In this document: positions 9,671 to 18,915 of the stretch, piece by piece
How positions within the stretch are numbered: the first letter of the stretch is position 1
How the letters are laid out: each line of letters opens with the position of its first letter
DNA from: Candidatus Atabeyarchaeum deiterrae
Lineage (GTDB): Archaea > Asgardarchaeota > Atabeyarchaeia > Atabeyarchaeales > Atabeyarchaeaceae
Direction of reading: 5' to 3'
Length of the DNA: 64,000 bases
Assembly: GCA_037310415.1 (NCBI GenBank)
Contig: CP147780.1
Span: forward strand, 1,312,001-1,376,000
Notes under the pieces: model-generated
What the model saw: the letters and a program-made list of their open reading frames with translations, nothing else
Databases searched by the model: none
What the model was told of the DNA's origin: nothing
Position numbers and translations under genes: made by a program

Positions 9671-10978
9671 TTAAGTCTTCGCAGAAAGCAATTTGGCTAG
9701 TTTGCTCGCCGATGCGGCAGCGACATTCATCCCAGGCGCAGGGTCTCCTGTACCATCACCCACGAAGTACAATCCTTCTATCTCCTTGCACTTCACATCC
9801 AGCCTGTACTTCTGGTTCCCGACAAACTCTCCAGCGCTATAGGCTGGATTGTCCTTGGTATTGGTGGTGACTTTGCTCCAGTGAACCTTGATGTCTGGGA
9901 ACTTCTTATGGAAGTCACCTAGAATTGCCTCCTCAGTCTTCTTGAATTCAGACTCGCTCTCTACCGTGTGTGCTATCTTGACAATGTGCTTTCCAGCAGG
10001 GGCTAAGCCAGGGTTTATGTTTGTTGGTTCAAGCATCTCATAGAGTTCCGTTCCAGGAACGAAATATAGGGTCTGCGAACCACTCCGGACAGGTTTGTCT
10101 GTGCACAATGATACTAAGACATCTAGGACTGGTTTGAGGTTCTTCGCTTTCTCGACAAGATCCTTTGGAGCGCTGGTTCCCAATACTTTCACGATGTTCT
10201 TGGGAGGCAAATTCAGCACGACTATCTCAGAGTCCACTTTGGTGCCATCTGCAAGCTGGACTCCCTTGGCCTTGCCTTTTTCAACTATGACCGCCTTGAC
10301 TTCACTTTTGAGCTTGATTTCACCTTTGTTTTCCTTGATGACCTTCTCAAGTCCGCTTGAAATGCTGGAGACACCTTGCTTTGGATATGCCTGAAACTTG
10401 GATGTTTCAAGATTTGACCTATAGAGAGCGATTAGCGCCCATGTCGAACATATCTTGCTGCTGTAAACATGGAGGTTGCACCTTGCGAGTGCCTCCATGA
10501 CCGTTTGGTACTTCTCGTCTGGCAGTCTCTCGTTGATAAAATCATGTAACGATGTTTCATCCAGCTTTTTCAGTTCATCAATAGGTTTACTCACAGCCTG
10601 CAAGGCGATGTCAGCCATATCCATCCTTGCGTCCACCGGTATCGCCTGCCACTTGTTGAGTTCAATGGGGTTTCGCGGGAATGTGTAATCCTTATCGGTG
10701 ATCATTATTTGTGGTTCGTCATCTTTCCCCATTGGGACGTATTTGTCGGCTCCTGTAGCTTTTAGAAGCTTGCCTAGGTCTCCTGCCGAGCCGAAAGCAG
10801 CGACATCTATACCGCTGTCTAAAGTGCATCCTTCATGCTGATATGAAAAAGCTCTGCCCCCAATTCTATTCTCCTTTTCAAGTAACTTAACCTTGTACCC
10901 TTGTTTTGTCAGCAAAGCTCCAGCACCCAGACCGCCGATTCCGGCTCCGACGATGACAATATTCTTGCTAATAGACAT
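9671..10978 (-). CDS. FAD-dependent oxidoreductase, phytoene dehydrogenase-like
   Basis: IVGAGIGGL..LEKENRIGGR, YPKQG, GLYFVGD; ORF to 10987. Confidence 0.85.
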   Translation of the reverse strand: MSISKNIVIVGAGIGGLGAGALLTKQGYKVKLLEKENRIGGRAFSYQHEGCTLDSGIDVAAFGSAGDLGKLLKATGADKYVPMGKDDEPQIMITDKDYTFPRNPIELNKWQAIPVDARMDMADIALQAVSKPIDELKKLDETSLHDFINERLPDEKYQTVMEALARCNLHVYSSKICSTWALIALYRSNLETSKFQAYPKQGVSSISSGLEKVIKENKGEIKLKSEVKAVIVEKGKAKGVQLADGTKVDSEIVVLNLPPKNIVKVLGTSAPKDLVEKAKNLKPVLDVLVSLCTDKPVRSGSQTLYFVPGTELYEMLEPTNINPGLAPAGKHIVKIAHTVESESEFKKTEEAILGDFHKKFPDIKVHWSKVTTNTKDNPAYSAGEFVGNQKYRLDVKCKEIEGLYFVGDGTGDPAPGMNVAAASASKLAKLLSAKT

Positions 10979-11210
10979 CTTGAGCAACTCCTATTTTGGA
11001 GTGAATTCCCGAAGGGGTTCCTCCGATCCTCTCCTTCCAGATGTTATAGAGGAGAATATCTTACTTCTGGCTATATATTAATAGCTATGTCTAAGGGCTT
11101 TTGCTCAAGCCTAACTCAGATCCCTATCTTTCATTCTAGAGAAATAATACATCATACTCGTTTGGGAAGAAAGATAGGGTGGAATTGCAGGCTCTGAAAT
11201 GCACGATGCA

Positions 11211-13076
11211 CTAAGTCCAGAGATCTTTTGCTATGCTATCCAGCCCCAGCTCGATAAGCTTCTGTTTGGTCGGTTTTCCTTCGGGCGTCCATCCTCGGAT
11301 GCGGTAGTAATCGTCGAGTTGTATTTTCAGATTTGGTACCTTGCCTTGGGTTCCCCCTTCAGCTAGCGGTTGGGTAAGCAGCTTAGGGTAATCACTGTCG
11401 TCGCGTTTCACTCCACACCTGACACTAAATGCTCTCTTTACGTTAACAGCTCTTTCACCTATTTTCACCAGTTCAGGCATCTTTAGATCAACTCCCGTTG
11501 CAGCGACTGTAGCAGCCGCTATCAGCGAAGGCAGAAATCCGACTCCGGCATAGGCGCACATCACTGTCGCGCTTGCTGCATGCATCAAGTTCTGCATCTT
11601 GACATTCAGGTCGCCTTTTCCTTCATCCTTATGTCGATCCAGTCTTTTCATTACGCCAACATCTGGGAAGATTATGCCTATCTCCGGTGCGAGCGGAAAT
11701 GCGTCAAAATGGTATGCACCACGCGTGGACGTAGCGTAGGCCGCAGCCAAGCTGAAGAATGCTCTAGGATCGTGCATAGGCACAGACATCCCCTTAGTGT
11801 GCACGGCATATTGTTCTGAGCCTTTGCCGATCTTCTTTGCCGCTTCTCTAACGTCGTCTGCAAGGACGTTTCCAAACCCTTTTCTGAAAGCCATATCCTC
11901 AATCAACTGCAGAATTACCTTGGGGTCGCCCCACTTAATCTCCAATCCTCCGGTGTCTTTGTTGTTAATAATGCCCTTCTCGTATAGAGTCATGGCAAAG
12001 CCAATGGATGCTCCAGCTGATATTATGTCTATTCCGTATCTGTTGCAGAGTTCGTGGGCTTTGAAGACAGATTCGATGTTATCATTCATTAGCAGGGTTC
12101 CGAAGCTGGCCATGCCCTCGTACTCAGGGTTACCGCCCTTGATAGGAGCGTACGGTCCTTCATTCACTTCGATGTATCGTGCACAACCGATTGGGCATCC
12201 ATAACATGGCTGTGGATGTTTCAGGTACTTATTGGTGATGACACTAGCTGCGAGTTTTTCAGCACCCTCTGGCCAATAGCCCTTCTGCCAGTATTTGATC
12301 GGCACATCGCCGACTTCATGGTATGTGTCCAGCCATCCACAGTTGCCATGCGGCTTGAAGAGTGATACCGTCAGGAGGTGGTTGTCGATCAGTTCTCGGG
12401 CTTTGTCGGTAACTTCTTTGAATTTCTCTGGGTTGGCAATTGGTACTTTCCTGGTTCCCCTCACTGCTATTGCTTTGAGTTTCTTTGATCCCATGACTGC
12501 GCCCATTCCGCATCTTCCGGCGGCCCTGTGTTTGTCGTTGATTATGCACGCAATCTTCACGAGTTTCTCTCCGGCTGGTCCTATTGAGGCTACCTTAATC
12601 TTGGGGTCATTAAGTTCCTTCTTGATCGCGTCCTCAGTCTCAAACGTGTCCTTTCCCCAGAGTTTGCTTGCGTCCTTGAGTTCGGCTTTCTCGTCGTGAA
12701 CGAAAAGGTATGTGGGTTTCTCGGAGACTCCTTGAATGGCTATTCCGTCAAATCCTGTCCATTTTAGTTCTGCTCCCCAGAACCCTCCCGAAGATGACTC
12801 ACCAAAGATTCCAGTTAGTGGAGACTTCGATACTACGGTGTGTCTACCGCAGCATGGAGCTGCGGTCCCAGTCAGCGCTCCCGTCATGATATAGATCCTG
12901 TTCTTGGGACCGAGTGGATCTACGGCAGCAGGCACCTCATCGTACAGCATCTTGGCTGAAAATGCGCTTCCGCCACCAAACTTTGTGAGCAGGTCCTGAG
13001 ATAGATCTTCGACTTTGATCGTTTTGCTGGTCAAGTCTACGCGGAGCAGCTTTTGCCAAAAACCACCTTTTTCCAT
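11211..13076 (-). CDS. aor: Tungsten-dependent aldehyde:ferredoxin oxidoreductase family
   Basis: KSPLTG, IGPAGE, AAGRCGMGAVMGSKKLKAI, CxxCPIGC, PEYE, HDPR, YYRIRGW; GAGGTGA SD (ORF to 13088). Confidence 0.95.
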   Translation of the reverse strand: MEKGGFWQKLLRVDLTSKTIKVEDLSQDLLTKFGGGSAFSAKMLYDEVPAAVDPLGPKNRIYIMTGALTGTAAPCCGRHTVVSKSPLTGIFGESSSGGFWGAELKWTGFDGIAIQGVSEKPTYLFVHDEKAELKDASKLWGKDTFETEDAIKKELNDPKIKVASIGPAGEKLVKIACIINDKHRAAGRCGMGAVMGSKKLKAIAVRGTRKVPIANPEKFKEVTDKARELIDNHLLTVSLFKPHGNCGWLDTYHEVGDVPIKYWQKGYWPEGAEKLAASVITNKYLKHPQPCYGCPIGCARYIEVNEGPYAPIKGGNPEYEGMASFGTLLMNDNIESVFKAHELCNRYGIDIISAGASIGFAMTLYEKGIINNKDTGGLEIKWGDPKVILQLIEDMAFRKGFGNVLADDVREAAKKIGKGSEQYAVHTKGMSVPMHDPRAFFSLAAAYATSTRGAYHFDAFPLAPEIGIIFPDVGVMKRLDRHKDEGKGDLNVKMQNLMHAASATVMCAYAGVGFLPSLIAAATVAATGVDLKMPELVKIGERAVNVKRAFSVRCGVKRDDSDYPKLLTQPLAEGGTQGKVPNLKIQLDDYYRIRGWTPEGKPTKQKLIELGLDSIAKDLWT

Positions 13077-13103
13077 TCGACATTTCACCTCATTCTTACT
13101 CTT

Positions 13104-14405
13104 CTAGAACTCTAAATATGATTCTCTTCTCTTGAAGCCTCCCTTAGGAACGGCTTCGTATTTTGCGTATACTTCTCTTAGTCTTTTTCCTGTTGGAGTA
13201 GGAGCTATTCCAAACCTCCAAGAGTCCTTGCAAGGCTGGACTTCAACAACCTGGTACTCTTGAGTCCCCATCTTTAGCTTTGCAGCTGCGTTAATCTGGT
13301 TTCTCTCATCCTCGCCCAAAGGCGCGCTGCAAATCGTAAACTTTGGTGTTCCTGGATCCATTGCACCTTTCTCTTCGGCTTGTGAGCCTGGCATCCCATG
13401 GCTATTCATACTCATGTCTATGCAAGCGGTATCGATTGCAACGATATCCTTCGAAGCGAATACTCCCAGACTTGGCACTATTGCTCGGTCGGAGAAACTA
13501 ACGCAATCACACCATGGGGCTATGTCAATAGCATAATTGATGAATCCCACTCTCCCCTTCATTATTTTCATGCAGGCGGCAGCGGAGTCGGCGATTCCCA
13601 CCTGCGTTCCTTTGAAGTACTCATAGGGTGGGTACCAGACAAGGCAGTTTTGCGCCACATATATGCAAGAAAAGCAACTAACACATTTCTCCTTATCCCA
13701 CTTTACCTCGGTGTCAGTGAATTCTATTGCTCCGACTGGACAGCAACCACTACATATTTCGAATTTGTCGCACTTCTTCAGTTTACACTTGCCTGGGTTG
13801 AAGGTTGAAGCGTTTACGCCATACTTTGGATGATGAGCCATGTGAAGATTCAACTTACCCCTTTTGCTGGCGCATCCTACTCCAACATTCTTTATTGAGC
13901 CCCCCACAGTTCCCTGCGGATGCCCTTTGAAATGGGTGACGACAATCAGAGCATCAGCTTCGGCTATCTTCTTACCGATGTATTGCTCCTGCAACAAAAG
14001 GCCCTCAGGCAGATCGACATGGACGTCATCAAGTCCATACTCTCCATCAGCAATGACAAGAGGGCAATCCATGGTCTCGGCTGTGAATCCATTCCTTGCA
14101 GCTGTCTTGCGGTATTCGGCTGCAGTTGTCCGAGAAGCGAAGGGACTATAATTCAGGCACGTGCAGTCGGTAACAAAGGGTTTGCCTCCATGCTCTTTGA
14201 CCTTCTCAACGATGCCTCTGACGAGAACCGGACGCAGATAACCTGTATTGTTGTACTCTCCCATGTGACACTTTACAGCTACATTGTCTCCTTTCTTGAA
14301 GCATTCAGCCAATCCTGCTTCATCGAACAACGTCTGAGCTTTTGCAACAAGGCTCGTGGGGATAGTCGTACTCCTGTCATTCATATAGAATACTTTCGAT
14401 GGCAT
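13104..14405 (-). CDS. DUF362-domain Fe-S protein with internal ferredoxin-like domain
   Basis: VAVKCHMGE, THFKGH, GGSIKNVGVGCAS, CCPVGAI, CVSCFSC, CDC, DIVAIDTAC. Confidence 0.88.
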   Translation of the reverse strand: MPSKVFYMNDRSTTIPTSLVAKAQTLFDEAGLAECFKKGDNVAVKCHMGEYNNTGYLRPVLVRGIVEKVKEHGGKPFVTDCTCLNYSPFASRTTAAEYRKTAARNGFTAETMDCPLVIADGEYGLDDVHVDLPEGLLLQEQYIGKKIAEADALIVVTHFKGHPQGTVGGSIKNVGVGCASKRGKLNLHMAHHPKYGVNASTFNPGKCKLKKCDKFEICSGCCPVGAIEFTDTEVKWDKEKCVSCFSCIYVAQNCLVWYPPYEYFKGTQVGIADSAAACMKIMKGRVGFINYAIDIAPWCDCVSFSDRAIVPSLGVFASKDIVAIDTACIDMSMNSHGMPGSQAEEKGAMDPGTPKFTICSAPLGEDERNQINAAAKLKMGTQEYQVVEVQPCKDSWRFGIAPTPTGKRLREVYAKYEAVPKGGFKRRESYLEF

Positions 14406-14730
14406 ATCATCTCAACTCCTTCACTACAATTAACAAGTAAAACCTAGATGTACAGAACTCTTCCGTCGGCAAGTTCTCCTTCCCATAGGGAACTAATCTG
14501 TTCGGTCACCCTTAAAATACCTTTTCTATTGGGAGAGGCACTTATCAAAACGGGCAATCTGGTGATACGTGAGAATAGAATCAGTTTCCCCAATGTGATT
14601 CGTCCAAGGAGGTTCCGTTGAATTACTGTCTTGTTTTGGTGAAAGAGACTCTTATTAAACATGCGAAACTCATCGCTCTGTAAAAAAGAATTAAAAGCGT
14701 TTTCAACATAGCTAACCTGTAACCAAGGAA

Positions 14731-15537
14731 GTGTCGGTCAGTTTGAGCAAGAAGAAAGAAGCAGAAGACAGCCTAATTACCAAAGCGGCGAAGATAGTCG
14801 TCGACTCGAAGAAGCTTGTCGTATTCACCGGCGCGGGCGCATCTACTGAGAGCGGCATACAAGATTTCAGAAGCCCAGGAGGTCTCTGGACAAAATATGA
14901 TCCGATGAAGGTAGCTAGCATAGACGCCTTTAGAAGTGACCCCAAATCTTGGTGGAATTGGATCATAGAACTGGGCCCAAAAGTCTTGGACGCACAGCCA
15001 AACAGAGCGCACATAGCGATAGCTGAGCTTGAGAAGATGGGTAAAGTTGATTCAGTTATCACTCAGAACATCGATGGCCTGCATCAGAAGGCAGGGAACA
15101 GCTACGTCCTTGAACTGCACGGATCAACAGCAACAGCATCATGCACAAGATGCAGATCAAGTTATCCGCGTGATCAAGTCATCGAACTCATAAAGAACGG
15201 TGAGAACCCACCTCTGTGTGATGTTGATGGTGGCATTCTAAAACTAGATGTAGTACTGTTTGGAGAACCTCTTCCACCGATCATCTTTCAAGAAGCAACA
15301 CAGAAAGCGATGGCGTGCGATGCGATGCTTGTCGCGGGATCCTCTTTAGTAGTCTACCCTGCTGCCTTGATCCCGAAACTGGCCAAAGAACAAGGAGCGA
15401 AACTCATAATTGTGAATGATGAGGAGACAGAGATGGACAATGAATGCGACGTCGTGATCAGAGGCAAGGTAGGAGATATTCTCCCGAAGATAGTCGATGT
15501 ATGCAAAAAACAGCTATTCACGAGAACAAGGAAATGA
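14731..15537 (+). CDS. cobB: NAD-dependent protein deacylase, Sir2 family
   Basis: TGAGASTESGIQDFR, TQNIDGLH, ELHG, VLFGE, GSSLVVYPAA. Confidence 0.93.
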   Translation: MSVSLSKKKEAEDSLITKAAKIVVDSKKLVVFTGAGASTESGIQDFRSPGGLWTKYDPMKVASIDAFRSDPKSWWNWIIELGPKVLDAQPNRAHIAIAELEKMGKVDSVITQNIDGLHQKAGNSYVLELHGSTATASCTRCRSSYPRDQVIELIKNGENPPLCDVDGGILKLDVVLFGEPLPPIIFQEATQKAMACDAMLVAGSSLVVYPAALIPKLAKEQGAKLIIVNDEETEMDNECDVVIRGKVGDILPKIVDVCKKQLFTRTRK

Positions 15538-15624
15538 ACGAAGAAAGAAGATGGAATGCTCTTAATTAGTAGAGCCAGTCTCCTTTTCTGCCGAATCATT
15601 TCTGAAGGATCACTGAAGAAAATA

Positions 15625-15649
15625 TTTATAAAAACTGGAAGTAGTTTTT
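15625..15649 (+). promoter_or_regulatory. dnaJ promoter: TATA box followed by a 7-6-7 inverted repeat
   Basis: TTTATAAA (15625-15632) overlapping AAAAACT-ggaagt-AGTTTTT (15630-15649). Confidence 0.5.
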
Positions 15650-15710
15650 CACTCTGAGATCACAAAAAAAGGGACATGCTTTGACTGCGTGTCAGGGGAG
15701 ATGGCGAGCA

Positions 15711-16859
15711 ATGAGCGAGAAAAGAGATTACTATGAGGTGCTCGGTGTTTCAAAGGATGCTTCGAAGGATGACATCAAACATGTGTATAGAGAGCTTGCG
15801 CTAAAGTACCACCCTGACCGCAACAAATCCCCTGGCGCCGAAGAGAAATTCAAGGAACTCTCAGAGGCGTATGCTGTTCTCTCTGATGATGAAAAGCGAG
15901 CTCAGTATGATAGATTCGGGCACGCTGGCATATCGGGCAGATACTCAACTGAAGACATTTTCCGAGGGAGCGACTTTGAGAGCATCTTCAGAGACTTAGG
16001 GTTCGGATTTGGTGGATTTGACAGCATCTTCGACAGACTCTTCGGAAGAAGTGGAAGATATGGATCGGCAAGGCGTCCTGAGCCGACACAAGGCAGAGAT
16101 CTCGAACAGGAACTCACGATAACACTTCAAGATGCTGCACAAGGAAAGAATGAAGAGCTCGAAATCCCAAGGACAGTTGTCTGCGACAATTGCCGCGGAA
16201 CCGGTGCAAAGCCTGGAACTCAGCCTCAAACTTGTCCCAAGTGCGGGGGCAGTGGGGAATTACGGTACGTTCAAACACAAGGTTTCACTCAAATAGTTCA
16301 GATTGCCGCCTGCGACAAGTGCCGTGGCACAGGAAAAGTCATAGCTAAACCATGCGATGTGTGTCGCGGAACAGGGGTAACTAGGAAACACGGAAAGATT
16401 GAAGTGAAGATTCCGCCTGGAGTCGACACGGGCTCAGTGCTCAGGCTAACTGGCGAAGGAGAAGCTGGAGAGAGAGGCGGGTCTTCAGGCGATCTCTACA
16501 TAGTGATAAGAGTTAGACCGGATGATGTCTTTGAGAGACGTGGTCCTGACATACTATACAAGTTGCCTGTGACCTACGCTCAGCTGGCACTCGGAGACGA
16601 AGCTATGGTTCCTACGTTGGATGGGGTTGTGAAGCTTCGAATTCAAGCAGGGACTCAGAGTGGAACAGTTCTGCGCCTGAAGGGCAAAGGTTTGCCGAAG
16701 CTCAAAGCCCATGGAAGAGGAGACCAGCTTGTAAAGGTGGTTCTACGGACTCCAACCAAACTTACAGGTGAACAGAAGAAGCTAATAGCTGAGCTATCTA
16801 GACTCGAGCCGAAAGTTAACCCTCCTGGCTTAGAAGGAGACGAAGACAGAAGAAAGTGA
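15711..16859 (+). CDS. dnaJ: Molecular chaperone DnaJ
   Basis: J domain with HPD, G/F region, four CxxCxGxG repeats, C-terminal domain; GGGGAG upstream of ATG 15711. Confidence 0.97.
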   Translation: MSEKRDYYEVLGVSKDASKDDIKHVYRELALKYHPDRNKSPGAEEKFKELSEAYAVLSDDEKRAQYDRFGHAGISGRYSTEDIFRGSDFESIFRDLGFGFGGFDSIFDRLFGRSGRYGSARRPEPTQGRDLEQELTITLQDAAQGKNEELEIPRTVVCDNCRGTGAKPGTQPQTCPKCGGSGELRYVQTQGFTQIVQIAACDKCRGTGKVIAKPCDVCRGTGVTRKHGKIEVKIPPGVDTGSVLRLTGEGEAGERGGSSGDLYIVIRVRPDDVFERRGPDILYKLPVTYAQLALGDEAMVPTLDGVVKLRIQAGTQSGTVLRLKGKGLPKLKAHGRGDQLVKVVLRTPTKLTGEQKKLIAELSRLEPKVNPPGLEGDEDRRK

Positions 16860-16888
16860 GCGACTGTCCGCCGATGTTCTCATTTCTG

Positions 16889-18643
16889 TTAACTTTTGAT
16901 TTTGCCGACAAAGTATCTGTCTGGGTCAAATAGCCGGAGCAATTGAACGTCTTCTTTAGTAACTGGACTCATCTTCCTTAGTGTTTCAGCTCTCTCCAGC
17001 TTCCAGCCAGTTTTCTTCGAAATCTCACTAACAATTGCTTCTTCCGAAAGATCACCAAGCGGATAGTACTTGGTCAAAACCATGCGCTCTTGAATCTTCT
17101 CAAACACAGCCTTGTCCGTAACAATCTTCGAGACTCTCTTGCCTGGAACAGTAATGTAGGTAACTTCCTTGACAAGTCTCAGTGGCCCATGAGGAACAAC
17201 TACTACTATCTCTTTTGCATTTGATCCAACATCATTCGCCCCTCCTGAGCCGACCAAGAAGAAATCACCAACTCTAGTATCATTAATATTCCCTTCCAAG
17301 TCTATCTGGGCGGCTGCTAACACACCAATGCTGTCTGTGCTATGAAGTGTCATCCCGAGTGCCTCAAAGGAATCCGTCAGCATCGTGCAAGTTGGTATGT
17401 TGCTCTTATTGAAAATGAATGGGCTTGAGGGTCGCGGAAGATAACCAAAGAATCCTATCTCAGCAAGTAGATTCACAGACAACCCTTTGTCCTGCAAAGC
17501 GTAAGTAGAAATCCAAGCGGCTAAGTTTGAAACGCCCTGACCTGCAAGTATAACCCTGTGTCCCCCACGGATGGTCGACTCGACAATCTCGTGAGAAGCA
17601 TTGATTATCATCTTCTCGACATCATTGCATTCAGTCTCAAATGAAATAGTGGTCAACTTGCCCCCTATCTCAGACTTCCAGGACTCGGGGTTTCTCAGTT
17701 CGACGAGAGACTTAAGCCTATTTGCTCCAAGTTTCTCAAGATACCTATTGTGGTCGACTCCTAGTATCCAGTCTTCGATCCATTTTCTCAGGGTTCCTTC
17801 TTCTTTGCCAGCTTGTCTAAGTTTCACTATGAAATCTAGATCCTCACTATAGCCTTCACCATTAAGCCCGAAGTGTGAACTTGGATGCGCACCGAAAGGC
17901 AACTCCACGACAGCGTTCACAATGAAAGCGGGGATCTTGACCATTGAGGCATGACGCCTAATGAACTCCGTTGAAACAATCTTCTCTGCACTGAGAATGA
18001 CACCATCTTTGCTCGCATAAAACCCAAAGTTGCTGTCACCCAGAGGAGGCACTATAATCGCGTTGCCAGAACGGTCGGCACACCAAACATGCACAATAGA
18101 GAGGTCAGGCTTCAAAGCCTTAACCAGTCCAACCTTTCCATCTCCACCAAAGGGATCGTCGATAACCCTGAACGACTCATTGTTCTCATCTGCCATCGAA
18201 GAGCCAGAGACGGATCTCGTTGGAAGGAACTGAAGCCCCATGGCACCAGCAGCTAACCTTGAAATGAAGGACAATATCGACCAGTTCTGAATCTTCACAC
18301 CTCTTTTGAATGCTCTTTGAAAGACAGATGAAACATTGGGTCTAGGATAAACGTCACCTGCATAGCTAGTGATGAAAAGTTCAACAAGATCAGCGGCACA
18401 AAGCAGCTGGCCCAGATTCGTGGCTCCCAAAGTCGCAACCTTGAACTCTGGCTTCTTGTCAAAGAATTGCCTAATGACTTCGTAGCCAATCCCATAAGGT
18501 ATAGTGCCAGCGCAAGAAAAGTGAAGCATCATGCCGGACTTCACATATGTCTTTACTGCCTCTTCAACAGTAACTTGTTTGTCCTCTCGCTCCTCAGATT
18601 CAATGAGGAATCTCTTGTTGATGTAGTCAGACGGGGTCACCAT
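16889..18643 (-). CDS. Family I CoA-transferase, fused alpha+beta (glutaconate CoA-transferase-like)
   Basis: KPDLSIVH..AD..GN, PFGAHPS; beta part LLAEIG (catalytic Glu), AAQID..GNIN, GSGGANDV, VxxIT.PG. Confidence 0.88.
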   Translation of the reverse strand: MVTPSDYINKRFLIESEEREDKQVTVEEAVKTYVKSGMMLHFSCAGTIPYGIGYEVIRQFFDKKPEFKVATLGATNLGQLLCAADLVELFITSYAGDVYPRPNVSSVFQRAFKRGVKIQNWSILSFISRLAAGAMGLQFLPTRSVSGSSMADENNESFRVIDDPFGGDGKVGLVKALKPDLSIVHVWCADRSGNAIIVPPLGDSNFGFYASKDGVILSAEKIVSTEFIRRHASMVKIPAFIVNAVVELPFGAHPSSHFGLNGEGYSEDLDFIVKLRQAGKEEGTLRKWIEDWILGVDHNRYLEKLGANRLKSLVELRNPESWKSEIGGKLTTISFETECNDVEKMIINASHEIVESTIRGGHRVILAGQGVSNLAAWISTYALQDKGLSVNLLAEIGFFGYLPRPSSPFIFNKSNIPTCTMLTDSFEALGMTLHSTDSIGVLAAAQIDLEGNINDTRVGDFFLVGSGGANDVGSNAKEIVVVVPHGPLRLVKEVTYITVPGKRVSKIVTDKAVFEKIQERMVLTKYYPLGDLSEEAIVSEISKKTGWKLERAETLRKMSPVTKEDVQLLRLFDPDRYFVGKIKS

Positions 18644-18835
18644 GAGGCTATCATCCTCCTTTGCATTGGAAACAAAAACAGTCTTTGTTAGGAGCTCGAA
18701 TTGATGTTGGGACTCGGTTGATCCTGAGGCTCAACGGTTGTTCATCTATTGAAGGGGATATTTATAGCTAGTTTTTCTCCAGTTGTAGTTATTCATAATT
18801 GTTGAATTCGCAACCCGGATCGTTGATATACGCAG

Positions 18836-18861
18836 TTGTTAGGAAGAAATATTAGGCGTCC
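18836..18861 (+). promoter_or_regulatory. Promoter (BRE+TATA) of first longin-tailed surface protein; duplicated at 21856
   Basis: TTGTTAGGAAGAAATATTAGGCGTCC vs TTGTTAGGAAGACATATTAAGCGCCC; both begin 80 nt before the start codon. Confidence 0.7.
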
Positions 18862-18915
18862 TCGAGTAATTGTTTTTGGGATAGGTAGTCGCGTATCCAA
18901 GAGAAGAAGGGACCA

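Noticed and set aside
9671-10978. Possible Rab-GDI-like eukaryotic signature protein
   Set aside because: Intact GxGxxG and C-terminal GD FAD motifs fit an ordinary flavin oxidoreductase.
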